From a virus: 64,000 bases of DNA. Below the pieces are notes generated by a model, which was not told the DNA's origin, did no database searches, and saw only the letters and a list, made by a program, of their open reading frames with translations. The first letter of the stretch is position 1, and each line of letters opens with the position of its first letter. This document shows, piece by piece, positions 53,756 to 63,738 of this stretch. The DNA lies in UHGV virus genome UHGV-0057547. One strand, written 5' to 3'. The position numbers were made by a program, and so were the translations under genes.

Positions 53756-55138
53756 ATGGCAACAGAAGGTAAAAAAATAAGTCAATTAACAGAAGTGTTA
53801 AGTGTTGACAAAGAAAATGACTATATAATCGTACAACGTGGGACAGATAATAAAAAGTTAAAATTAGCCAATGTGATGACTACGGATAATATGGGCGACA
53901 ATTATGTTGATTTAAAATCATATGAAGATAAAAGTGAATTCAGATTAATTATAAATGATGATGGAAAAGTTCAAGTATTTCCAAAAGAATGCGTTGAAGG
54001 TCATACTTATGCTGAAAATGATAATTTACAAATGCCCTTAAAATTAGCTAGCTATATAGGTAATTCTCAAACTGCATTATCTACTGCTAATAATGGAGGT
54101 ATTGTTATAAATCAAATTTATGGTGGTGGAGATTTAATTCCTAGTTCAACTTTACAAGCACCTAGCGTTAGTCATAGTTTTGTTGAACTATATAATTGTA
54201 ATGTTGTAGATATTAATCTAAAGGGATTATATTTACATTATAAAGGTAATGATGAAACTGTTTGGAAAACATTAGCATTAAGAGGACTTTTACCAGCTCA
54301 TACTGCTTTTTTAATTAGAGGTAAACAACACGGAGATTTAATGAGTGACTTAGTAAGATGTAAAATATATGATTATGACCAAGAATGGATAGATGCTGAT
54401 AAAAATGAACCAATAGCATTTAGTAGAAATGGTATGTCAATGTATTTATCAACTAACTCAGTACCTCCTGAAGTAAATGAAAATCCAAATAGATATCTTA
54501 TAACTACTGATAGTACTGGTGTATCAACATTATCATATGTTGATGGATATTATGTAGATTTATTAGGTGTAGGTAGTGCTGATGGAACTAAGAACCCAGT
54601 TGCATATGAAAAATTCTATTGGACTTGTATGGATAAAGATACTGCAATAAGAAGAATAGATTTTTACAATAATAAGAATAACAAATATGATTCAAAAGCT
54701 ATAAATTATAAAACTTGCAATATAGAACATTATAGACCAAGAAGTTTAAGAGATGGAATTTGGGATAACTATTGTGATAAAGCAAGTATAAATGAAAATA
54801 TACCTAATCTTATAGATATAACTTTTGGTGAACAACCTACAACAAGACTTTTTACATGGCAATCTGTTTTAACAGATAATGGTTGTGTGAGACTTAGAAG
54901 AATAAAAGATAAAAGTGGAGTAGCAGTAACTGAAAATTGGAAAGAATATGAAAGTGAACGTGAAATAGTTAATAATCATGGTACATTTATGACAATACAT
55001 AGAACTAAAATAACTAATATAACACCTGGTTTATATGAATATCAATGTGGAAAAGAAGGTTATTGGTCAGATATACAAATGATAGAAATGAGAGAATATA
55101 CAGATACTAGCACTATTAAAATGCTATGGACTACGGAT
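53756..55138 (+). CDS. Lamin-tail-domain / purple acid phosphatase-like metallophosphoesterase, exon 1
   Basis: The lamin-tail-domain motif is SFVELYNCNVVDINLKGLYLHY. The PAP N-terminal domain motif is ...TPGLYEYQCG. Confidence 0.5.
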
Positions 55139-55463
55139 TAATTTTAGTCCCTATGTAAAGAAATTTATATAGCAAACCCTTTGAATTGCTGGAAAACCCT
55201 TAGAGCCTTAATACTACAATAGAGAGGAAACTACTCTATGAAAGTTTGAAAAGTTTAAGGATTGGGTAATCAGCAGGTAAGATTCTAAATTACTATAAGT
55301 AATATGAATAAACTTCAACGACTAAGTATCCTAGTAGTCTAGGTAGTGGAGGGCATCCCTTCATGGGATGATGATATAGTCTACTCTCATGTGAAAGCAT
55401 GAGCAGTTTTCTTTGAGTAAGAAAACGGATAGAATAATAGCGATATTCTATTGAATATAAAGG
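55139..55463 (+). mobile_element. Group I intron A9, no ORF
   Basis: P GAATTGCTGGAAAACCC at 55185, Q AATCAGCAGGTAAGATTCTAAATT at 55268, R at 55313, S GATGATATAGTCTACTCTCATGTGAAAGCATGAGCAGTT. The 3' end is ...GAATATAAAGG. Confidence 0.65.
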
Positions 55464-55586
55464 CAACAAGGATTCACACAACCTGAATATGAGGCTTGGA
55501 GAACTTGTGTTAAAGCTATGCAAACTAGAACTGATTTTTATAATAGTTATGGTTTGCCTGTATTTGATTTTCATTTGAATACTGGA
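55464..55586 (+). CDS. Metallophosphoesterase exon 2 (41 codons)
   Basis: QQGFTQPEYEAWRTCVKAMQTRTDFYNSYGLPVFDFHLNTG. Splicing onto DISQNA recreates a GDxxY-like motif. Confidence 0.45.
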
Positions 55587-56747
55587 GTAACAAATTAAGC
55601 TCCCTATGTAAGTAAATTGCATAGCAAACCCTTTGAATTGCTTGTAATCCCTAAAGTCAACTAAACTACAACGTGGCTAGAAATGGCGAACGTGAATGTG
55701 GCGAAAGCAGAAAAAATTAGTTGAATGGTATATGGTTAAACCCTAAGTACTTTTGTAATGGGTGTCTAGCAGGTAAGATTCTAAATTAAATTATAAAATT
55801 AAGTTTATTTTTTATAAAAATATAAGTATAATATAAATAGGGGGTGAATATTATGGGTAAACGTAAAATGAGTGAAGAACATAAAAGGAAACGATTAGAT
55901 ATAGTTAAAAAGAAATGTGATGAATTAGGCTATACATTATTGACAAAAGAGTATATTAACAATAAAACAAAATTAGAAATTGTATGTGATAAAGGACATT
56001 TATGGACACCAACTTTTGATAATTTCATTATGAAAGATAGAAGATGTAGAAAATGTGCTGATAAACAAAATGGTATAAATCAAAGGTTATCTTGGGAAGA
56101 AGTGCTAAATAGAGTAGAACCTTATGGATATAAAATGATTAGCAATAAAGAAGATTATATCAATCAAGATTCTAAACTCAAAGCCTTATGTCCAAATGGA
56201 CATATTTATAAATTTAGTATAAATAATTTTCAACGAGGTAAAAGATGTTCTCAATGTAAAATGTCCGGTGGCGAACAGGAAATATCAAGAATATTGAATA
56301 AATATTCTATAGAATATAAATTCAATTATAAATTCAATACGAATAATATAATAAAAACAAAGCCTTTTGATTTTAAAATATTAAATAAAAACATATGTAT
56401 TGAATATGATGGACAACAACATTATCATTTTCAATTTGATAATAATCTTTTAGATTTAATGAATAGAAAACATATAGATACTATAAAAACAAAATATTGC
56501 GAAGACAATAATATAAAACTTATTAGAATTCCTTATTGGGAATTTGATAATATAGAAAATATACTTATAAAAGAACTTAATTTAAAATAATTTAATATGA
56601 ATAAACTTCAACGACTATATATACTAGTAGTCTAGTTAGTGGAGGGCATCCCTTCATGGGATGATGATATAGTCTACTCTCATATGAAAGTATGAGCAGT
56701 TCATAAGAGAACGGTATAAAGTTTAACGAACTTTATATGAATATTAG
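55587..56747 (+). mobile_element. Group I intron A10 with an endonuclease ORF
   Basis: The 5' sequence is GTAACAAATTAAGCTCCCTATGTAAGTAAATTGCATAGC. P GAATTGCTTG at 55648, Q GTCTAGCAGGTAAGATTCTAAATT at 55768, R at 56603. The 3' end is ...ATGAATATTAG. Confidence 0.7.
55844..56590 (+). CDS. Intron-encoded zinc-ribbon / Vsr-DUF559-like endonuclease (paralog)
   Basis: KPFDFKILNKNICIEYDGQQHYH...IKLIRIPYWEF. Confidence 0.7.
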   Translation: MNIMGKRKMSEEHKRKRLDIVKKKCDELGYTLLTKEYINNKTKLEIVCDKGHLWTPTFDNFIMKDRRCRKCADKQNGINQRLSWEEVLNRVEPYGYKMISNKEDYINQDSKLKALCPNGHIYKFSINNFQRGKRCSQCKMSGGEQEISRILNKYSIEYKFNYKFNTNNIIKTKPFDFKILNKNICIEYDGQQHYHFQFDNNLLDLMNRKHIDTIKTKYCEDNNIKLIRIPYWEFDNIENILIKELNLK

Positions 56748-56846
56748 GACATTTCACAAAACGCCTCTAATTTATTTGAATGGTTATATTACACTGATTA
56801 TGCTAAAGAATTTTGTAGAAATATACCTCATTTAACAGCTTGTGGT
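56748..56846 (+). CDS. Metallophosphoesterase exon 3 (33 codons)
   Basis: DISQNASNLFEWLYYTDYAKEFCRNIPHLTACG ends in GUGGU. The putative IGS GCCAC lies in the intron and includes a U-G pair. Confidence 0.45.
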
Positions 56847-57161
56847 AAATGTTAGCCACCTTTACATAGTGATATGTAATGAAAAACTCATTGAATTGCT
56901 GGGAAGCCCTAACGTAAAGACGAGGGTAATCAGCAGGGAAGTCTCTTTAAAATGGGAAACCTTCAACGACTATCCCTTGGATGTTGAAATACATCAATAG
57001 GAGTACGGCTCAAGTGATTGGAGTGGGTGAAATTCCCTTAAATGGAAGTGGTGAGCATCTCAATGGAGATGAAGATATAGTCTACTCTCATATGAAAGTA
57101 TGAGCAGTTTTGTATATATACAAAACGGATTAAGTGTAGCGAACTTAATTGAATATAAAGG
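56847..57161 (+). mobile_element. Group I intron A11, no ORF, with a short P5
   Basis: P AATTGCTGGGAAGCC, Q AATCAGCAGGG, R at 56963, S GAAGATATAGTCTACTCTCATATGAAAGTATGAGCAGTT. The 3' end is GTGTAGCGAACTTAATTGAATATAAAGG. Confidence 0.65.
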
Positions 57162-57563
57162 AATAATGACCTTGTTGATAAAAAATATGGATTTGCTTAT
57201 GACCATTATGTAACATTTGAAAATCAACCAAGATTAAATGATTATCATAAAGAAGTTTTAGCAACAACAGATTTTCCTATGGTATCAACTTATTCATTTG
57301 ATTTAGGGTCTACTCATTTCATATGTTTAAATTCAAATCAAGAACAAATGTATGATGATTATGGTATAAATCAAACAGAATTCTTATTAAAACAAGCATA
57401 TTTCCTAGATAGAGATTTATGGAAAGTTAGTAAAAGAACTACAAAACCTAAATGGGTAATTGTATATGCACATTTAAGTCCATTTACTGTAACAAGAGCA
57501 AAAAGATTACAACATTGGATACCTATACTTGAAAAATATGGTGTAGATTTATTCTTATGTGGT
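57162..57563 (+). CDS. Metallophosphoesterase exon 4
   Basis: NNDLVDKKYGF... contains the GNHD/E-like motif. ...KWVIVYAHLSPF... and ...DLFLCG follow. Confidence 0.5.
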
Positions 57564-57936
57564 CAAGTTGACCTGGTTGTCGAGTAATCGGCTTCAAAAA
57601 TTACAGATTTAATTGCAGGTAATTCCTAAAGCCTTACACCACAATAGAGGGGGAAACTACTCTATGATGGTATGAAAGTAGAAAAAACGTAAGGATTCTT
57701 ATATGGTTAAACCCTAAGTAAGAGTTAACAATGGATGTTCATGCAGGTAAGATTCTAAGTTGCTATAAGCGATATGAATAAACTTCAACGACTAGAGCAT
57801 AAGCTCGTACACTCAAGCGAGTGGAAAAGGTCTGTCCCTATATAAATAGGGTAAAGAAATAGTCTAATATCCTAATGAAAGTTAGGGCTAGAGTAATTCT
57901 AGGCTTGTAAGTAGCGATTACAAGAACAATATAATG
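57564..57936 (+). mobile_element. Group I intron A12, no ORF. Its 5' 110 nt are nearly identical to A7.
   Basis: CAAGTTGACCTGGTTGTCGAGTAATCGGCTTCAAAAATTACAGATTTAATTGCAGGTAATTCC. R at 57783, S AAAGAAATAGTCTAAT. It ends at ...ATATAATG. Confidence 0.6.
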
Positions 57937-58548
57937 CACAATCACACATATTCAAGAAGTATACCAATCAAATGTGGATATGAAAAATCTGCATATGCAG
58001 ATATGATTAATGAAAAAAATTATAATACTTATGTACCAAAAGGTGGTAAAAATTATACTTTAGTGAATGAAACAAAATTAAATGGTAGTGAAATAACTAG
58101 AAGTGCTAATATATCTCAAGGTGTTTATTATGTTATGTTCCAAGCAGGTGGGGCTAAACAAAGTGGTAAAGAAAAAGCAATTGATATGAGTACTATAACA
58201 TTCTTAAATAGTACTGGTGGAACAGTAACAAGTGGTACTGAATATACTAAACATTTCCATAGTGGAACAAATAGACCTTGGTGGTATGAATACACTGGTG
58301 CTTTACCAGTACAACCTTGTTTTGCAACTTTGGATATTTCACCAACATCAATAAAAATAAGTATGAACTATGTTAAAGCAGTTGAAGCTATAGATAAAGA
58401 AACTGGTGTAATGACAGTAGATAAATATGACCCAAATAAACATACAATTGTTAACTTTGATAATTTAACAATAAATTATAGCGATAGAAATCCAGCTTAT
58501 AGAACTGGAGTATCTGCTCCTTATTATAATGAAAATAAAAATTATTAA
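57937..58548 (+). CDS. Metallophosphoesterase terminal exon
   Basis: Splicing ...LFLCG onto HNHTYSRS restores a GHxHxYxRS purple-acid-phosphatase motif. Confidence 0.5.
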   Translation, partial: HNHTYSRSIPIKCGYEKSAYADMINEKNYNTYVPKGGKNYTLVNETKLNGSEITRSANISQGVYYVMFQAGGAKQSGKEKAIDMSTITFLNSTGGTVTSGTEYTKHFHSGTNRPWWYEYTGALPVQPCFATLDISPTSIKISMNYVKAVEAIDKETGVMTVDKYDPNKHTIVNFDNLTINYSDRNPAYRTGVSAPYYNENKNY

Positions 58549-58561
58549 AGGGGATGGTTAA

Positions 58562-61282
58562 ATGTCTATTAAAAGATGTATTATTAAAGACGGAAAAGAA
58601 CAATGGATAGAAGTTGCTGGAGGAAGTAGTTCTATAAATACAGGTGAAGCAATAAATGTTAGTATAAGAGATAATGATAATCTATTTGAAAGTCAAAACG
58701 TAGAAGGGGCTTTAACAGAAATATCTTATGAAATACAAAATGTAGACAATGTTTTAACCAATCATATAAACAATTCTGCTATACATGGTGGAGGTGGAGG
58801 TGGTGGTAGTATGCCTACCATCACTTCTGATTTTACTATAAATAAATCAGATGGTATAACTGAAATAGAAATACCTATATTTTTTAATTCACCTAACTTA
58901 GGAGAAGGTTTAGCTTATGTATTAGTTAATAATGTTGAGGTAGGTACACAAACAGTTCAACAAGGTAATAATACAATTATAGTTCCTCCTTTGGGAGCTG
59001 GTAAAAATATAATTATATCAATCTATGTAAAAGATAGAGCAGGACTAATATCTAACCAAATAAACTGGACAGTAACAAGTGGTGGTATAACATTAACAAT
59101 GCTTACTGACACAAGTGCAGATTATGGTATTACAAGTAGAATAGTTTTATCATATACAATATCTTCTATGACTGGTGAAGATATTGAAGTTTTCTTTGAT
59201 GTAGATGGTACAACATATAAAACAAAAGGTACAAATGGATATAATACTTATGAAATTACAGGATTAGATATAGGAGTGCATGTTATAACTTATTGGGCAA
59301 TATCAGCTGAATATGAAACAAAACACAGCACATTCACATTAATAGTAGTAAGTAAAGACCAAGTAATAATATCAACTCAATTTGATTCAACTGTTGAATA
59401 TGAAAGTGGTATACCAATTAGTATACCATATAGATTATCAGTAGATAGAGATGAAGATTTTACTGTAAATTTATATATAAATAATGTTTTAGATAAAACT
59501 ATAGTAACTAGACCAGCTTCATTGTATTGGACTATATCATCATTAGATGCAGGTGATTATACTTTAAAAATAGAAGCGAAAAATGAATCTTTAGGAATGA
59601 GTAATTATATAGAATTTAAATGTAAAGTTATTCAAGGTGAATATACTAGAATACAACCAGTAATAGATAGTTCTTTAATAGCTTGGTTTGATGCAACAGA
59701 TAGAACTAATAATGATAATGATAGAGATGTTTGGACAGATAAAATAAAAGGTAATAAAGGTTATCTTCATAATTTCAACTATGGTTCTAATGGATGGTTA
59801 AAACAAACTGGTAAAGAAATTAGTGAACTTGTTATGAATGGTACTGCTTATGTTGAAATTGATATGACACCTTTTGCTGATAACTTTAAAAATGGTGGTG
59901 TAATTGAATTAGTATTTAAAACTAGAGATGTTGGTAATAGTAACGCTAGGGTTTTAGATATAACTGATACATTGTCACCATATAAAGGTGTTTATATAGA
60001 TACAAGAGAAGCATACTTATCTACTTCATCACAATCTATAAATGGTTCTATAGGTGAAGATGAATATATACAAGTGTTATATAATATAGATAGAATTAAT
60101 AAATATTGTCATATAGTTGTTAATGGAGTAATAATAAAATCTTGTAAATTAGCTGATAGTGGTAGTGGTACTTCTGCTATATTAGAATCATTGGCTCACA
60201 CTAAAAAGATTTATTTAAACTGCCAAAAAGGAACTGATAATTTTGGTTCTTGTGAAATAACACATTTAAGAATATATGATAGAAACTTTACTTTTGATGA
60301 AATATTACAAAACTTTTTATCAAATTATGATGACTTAAAAGTACAAAAAAGTAAATCGGATTTTAACAATCCATTAAAAAATATAATGCCTGTTATGAAT
60401 ATAACAGCTGACCAAAAACGTTTAGATGATATGACAGATACAAATAGAGTTGAAGTTGCTATGACATATACATCACCTAATGCTGATTTATATGGACAAA
60501 CTTTAACAAATGCTAGTAACTGCTTAATGTATTGGCAAGGTACATCTTCTATAGCATATAATATTAAAAACTATAATATATTACTTAGAGATGAAAATAG
60601 ACAACCAATAATGTATAGTCCTTTTAAAAATTGTATACCACAAGATTTATTTTGTTTAAAAGCAAACTTAATGGAATCTACTAATGCTCACAACGTAGGT
60701 ATAGCTGAATATGTTCATGATTACCTGTATACAACCTTAAATCCAGCACAAAAAATAGATAGTAAAGCTAGTAGAACAGTACAAGGTTTCCCTATATTGC
60801 TTTATATAAATGGTGAACTACAAGGAGTATATGACTTCAACTTAGATAGATATTCAACAAAAGCATTTGGATATGAATTAGATGAATATAAAGATACTTG
60901 TAGAGTATATGAAGTTTCAGCAAATACTAATAAAACTGCTGGTGCATTTATTCCTTGGACTAAAGAAACAGGTATGGATGAATGGACATGGTATAAAAAT
61001 GACTTTGTTGGTATATATCCTGAACGTATACAAAATTCAATTAATGATGATTTCTCTGCATTAAAAACACTAATATCATTTGTGCATGATTCTACCGATG
61101 AAGTTTTTACTACAAATTTTGCCACATATTTTGATAAGGAATCAGTAATAAGATATTATATTTTAGTAATGGTTTTGGGAATGGTAGACTCACTTGGTAA
61201 AAATGCTAAGTTAGTAACATTTGATGGTGTTAAATGGGAAATGCAATTCTATGACTGTGATACGGCTTTTGGGTTAAAATAA
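58562..61282 (+). CDS. CotH-like tail protein, exon 1. An N-terminal Ig-like domain follows a poly-Gly linker. The 3' boundary is uncertain.
   Basis: HGGGGGGGS linker. The C-terminal region ...VMVLGMVDSLGKNAKLVTFDGVKWEMQFYDCDTAFG resembles the CotH D.D..FG region. Confidence 0.4.
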   Translation: MSIKRCIIKDGKEQWIEVAGGSSSINTGEAINVSIRDNDNLFESQNVEGALTEISYEIQNVDNVLTNHINNSAIHGGGGGGGSMPTITSDFTINKSDGITEIEIPIFFNSPNLGEGLAYVLVNNVEVGTQTVQQGNNTIIVPPLGAGKNIIISIYVKDRAGLISNQINWTVTSGGITLTMLTDTSADYGITSRIVLSYTISSMTGEDIEVFFDVDGTTYKTKGTNGYNTYEITGLDIGVHVITYWAISAEYETKHSTFTLIVVSKDQVIISTQFDSTVEYESGIPISIPYRLSVDRDEDFTVNLYINNVLDKTIVTRPASLYWTISSLDAGDYTLKIEAKNESLGMSNYIEFKCKVIQGEYTRIQPVIDSSLIAWFDATDRTNNDNDRDVWTDKIKGNKGYLHNFNYGSNGWLKQTGKEISELVMNGTAYVEIDMTPFADNFKNGGVIELVFKTRDVGNSNARVLDITDTLSPYKGVYIDTREAYLSTSSQSINGSIGEDEYIQVLYNIDRINKYCHIVVNGVIIKSCKLADSGSGTSAILESLAHTKKIYLNCQKGTDNFGSCEITHLRIYDRNFTFDEILQNFLSNYDDLKVQKSKSDFNNPLKNIMPVMNITADQKRLDDMTDTNRVEVAMTYTSPNADLYGQTLTNASNCLMYWQGTSSIAYNIKNYNILLRDENRQPIMYSPFKNCIPQDLFCLKANLMESTNAHNVGIAEYVHDYLYTTLNPAQKIDSKASRTVQGFPILLYINGELQGVYDFNLDRYSTKAFGYELDEYKDTCRVYEVSANTNKTAGAFIPWTKETGMDEWTWYKNDFVGIYPERIQNSINDDFSALKTLISFVHDSTDEVFTTNFATYFDKESVIRYYILVMVLGMVDSLGKNAKLVTFDGVKWEMQFYDCDTAFGLK

Positions 61283-61354
61283 TAGCTCAAATAAAACCTT
61301 TTCTGATATACGGCGAAACTCCTGGAGAGGACAACGCCTTCCAACTATTATTTA

Positions 61355-61421
61355 TTGACAAATTATAAAAATATATGTATAATATAAATATAAAGAGAAT
61401 ATATATATAGGAGGTGATTAT
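61355..61421 (+). promoter_or_regulatory. Sigma70-like promoter and RBS for the C1 endonuclease
   Basis: TTGACA-17-TGTATAAT and GGAGGTG. Confidence 0.45.
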
Positions 61422-62279
61422 GTGTGTAAGAAAGAGAATAGTTTTGCACAATGGTTTATAAATGAATTTGGATTAGAAAAATTTAACACTGTTATAAATC
61501 ATGAAAAAAATAAATCATTAGGCATAGATATTTGGAACGTATCAAAGAGAAGTGGTTGTAAAATTTGGTTTAAATGTGAAAATAAAGATTATCACGAATA
61601 TCAACTTACAGCCGATAAATATTTTATTGGTAATAGATGTAAATATTGTGGTAGAACAAAATATGTTCATCCAAGAGATTCGTTAGGTCAATATATAATT
61701 GATAACTTTGGAGAAGATTTTTTAAATAGAGTATGGTCAACAAAAAATAAAAAATCGCCTTTTGAATATACTATTGGAACTGAGAAGAAAGTTTGGTTTA
61801 ATTGTATCAATGGTATTCATGAACCAAAATTAAGACAAATAAAAAATTCTGTTGCTAACGATTTTAAATGCCCATTTTGTTTAAAAAATTGCCATATTTC
61901 AAAATTAGAAAAGAAAGTGTTTTTATATTTAAAAAGCATTTTTAAAAACATAAATAGAGAAAGCAATTGTAATTTAATACCCAAAAATCCTAAAACTAAT
62001 AAAATAATGCCTTATGATAATGAGATAGTGGATATAAAATTAATAATAGAAGTACATGGAAAACAGCATTATGAATTATCAGGAGATACAAGTGCATGGT
62101 TACATGGATTATCACCAAAAGAGTATCTTCATAAAAGAAAATTGTATGATAGGTATAAAAGAATGTACGCAAAGTCCAATGGTTATTATTATTTAGAAAT
62201 ACCTTATTGGGCTGATGATTTAGAAGAAACTTGGAAAATTATGATTGATGATAAAATAAAAGAAATATTAAGTCAATAA
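61422..62279 (+). CDS. Divergent zinc-ribbon / PD-(D/E)XK-like endonuclease inside C1
   Basis: C..C modules and IIEVHGKQHYE...LEIPYW. Promoter TTGACA-17-TGTATAAT and RBS GGAGGTG lie upstream. Confidence 0.5.
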   Translation: MCKKENSFAQWFINEFGLEKFNTVINHEKNKSLGIDIWNVSKRSGCKIWFKCENKDYHEYQLTADKYFIGNRCKYCGRTKYVHPRDSLGQYIIDNFGEDFLNRVWSTKNKKSPFEYTIGTEKKVWFNCINGIHEPKLRQIKNSVANDFKCPFCLKNCHISKLEKKVFLYLKSIFKNINRESNCNLIPKNPKTNKIMPYDNEIVDIKLIIEVHGKQHYELSGDTSAWLHGLSPKEYLHKRKLYDRYKRMYAKSNGYYYLEIPYWADDLEETWKIMIDDKIKEILSQ

Positions 62280-62448
62280 ATAATAGGGGAACAACGACTA
62301 AGCGAAAAGGGCTTGTAAAACAAGTATGCAATAGTCTGAACTCACACTATAACTCAAAATATTAAGAAATGTGAGAAGAGGGGTCATCGGTAATCAGACC
62401 GATAGTTTAAAATTATTTCATATAAAATAAAAGAGGGGTGATAAAATA

Positions 62449-63201
62449 ATGAAGAAAAGAAATTATAATCATTTAATAGGTAAAAAAATTGGTTCAATAA
62501 TTGTACTTGGAATAAATGAAGAAGAAAGTGAAATAAAAAAAAGATGTATTTTAGATATAAAATGTGATTGTGGAGAATTAAAATGCGTTAGAGCAAGTGA
62601 TGTTGAAAGTGGAAATGTTAAGACTTGTGGAAAACGTAAAATTCATAAAATACAATATTATGATAATATAGAAGGTCAAAAATTTGGAAAATTAACAGCT
62701 ATTAAATATACATCTACTATAAATAAACATGCTTATTGGTTATGTGAATGTGAGTGTGGCAATTATTGTATTGTACAATCTTCAAACTTAAAAACAAATC
62801 ATACTACTTCATGTGGTTGTAATAAAATAACAAATACTAATGGAACATTTATAAAACATTTAAGAAATATCCTAAAACCAATAACACTTAAAAAGATAGA
62901 AGATGCTGATTATAAATGTGAAATTTTAAATAAAGAATGTGAAATACAAGTGCATCACATAATACCTTTTAAAGATTTATATGAAAAAACATTAGCTGAC
63001 TTGAATATTGACTTCAGAAAAGAATTAAGTCAATATAATATGGATGAAATAAAAAGAATAGATGATTATTTTTTAAAATTAAACTCGACAGATATTCTTA
63101 TTGTTATTTCTTCTGAACTCCACATGTCTTTTCATAAAAAATATGGATATAAAAATTTTAAAAAAGAAGATTTTGATGAATTTATAAATAGTGTGAAATA
63201 A
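62449..63201 (+). CDS. HNH endonuclease inside C1
   Basis: CEILNKECEIQVHHIIPF...SSELHMSFHKKYG, with cysteine-rich N-terminal modules. RBS AAGAGGGGTG. Confidence 0.55.
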   Translation: MKKRNYNHLIGKKIGSIIVLGINEEESEIKKRCILDIKCDCGELKCVRASDVESGNVKTCGKRKIHKIQYYDNIEGQKFGKLTAIKYTSTINKHAYWLCECECGNYCIVQSSNLKTNHTTSCGCNKITNTNGTFIKHLRNILKPITLKKIEDADYKCEILNKECEIQVHHIIPFKDLYEKTLADLNIDFRKELSQYNMDEIKRIDDYFLKLNSTDILIVISSELHMSFHKKYGYKNFKKEDFDEFINSVK

Positions 63202-63280
63202 TTTTAACAAGAAGAACCTCTCTCGCTAGACATATTATGTCTAGTCAGTAGCCTTATATGGTGAAAGTAACAGAATGTAG

Positions 63281-63738
63281 ATAATACAGGTGCGTTAAAA
63301 TATGATGTGGATATAGAAGTTGACCCTGAACATTTCAATACTGCTGATTCAGTATTATGGACTAGAATTAGAGATTTATTCCATAATGATATAGTTGCTG
63401 AATATAATAATATGAGAAATCAAAATTTAACACCTGAAAAAATATATGAAAGCGTATTTACAAATCAAATAGAAAAAATACCTGAAAGTCAATATAATCT
63501 TAGTACTCAAAAGAAATATCTTGATACAGGTGAATATATTATGATGTCTAATGGTAATAGATATTATAATTTAAAACGTTGGATAAAAGAAAGATTTATA
63601 TATTGTGATACTTTATTTGATTACACTCCTACAACTGCTAGTTATGTAACTGTACGTTCAGGAGTAGAAGGTAAGGCTTATTTGGATATAGAAACTTATT
63701 ATCCTATGTATATAACTATAGAGTGGAGGAAACAATAT
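63281..63738 (+). CDS. CotH-like protein, downstream exon. It ends at a conserved 5' splice site.
   Basis: Open frame NTGALKYDVDIEVDPEHFNT... The exon ends ...EWRKQY at AAACAATAT|TCCTCGTATGTAGAG, which matches the A6 junction. Confidence 0.4.

Larger units (their letters stand above)
61283..63280 (+). mobile_element. Intron-like insertion C1 of about 2 kb carrying two endonuclease ORFs
   Basis: Divergent P/Q pair ACGGCGAAACTCC / GACAACGCC, R AACAACGACTAAGCG at 62295, S CAATAGTCTGAAC at 62327. The open frame resumes at 63271. Confidence 0.4.

Noticed and set aside
55293-55622. 109-aa minus-strand ORF
   Set aside because: It overlaps the intron A9 core and exon 2 of the phosphatase gene. It has no RBS and is most likely spurious.
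3320-57800. A CRISPR-array-like interpretation of the dispersed conserved blocks of 15-40 nt
   Set aside because: The blocks are irregularly spaced (0.3-28 kb apart), heterogeneous, and always occur in the P-Q-R-S order of group I intron cores. There are no short uniform direct repeats separated by unique spacers of uniform length.
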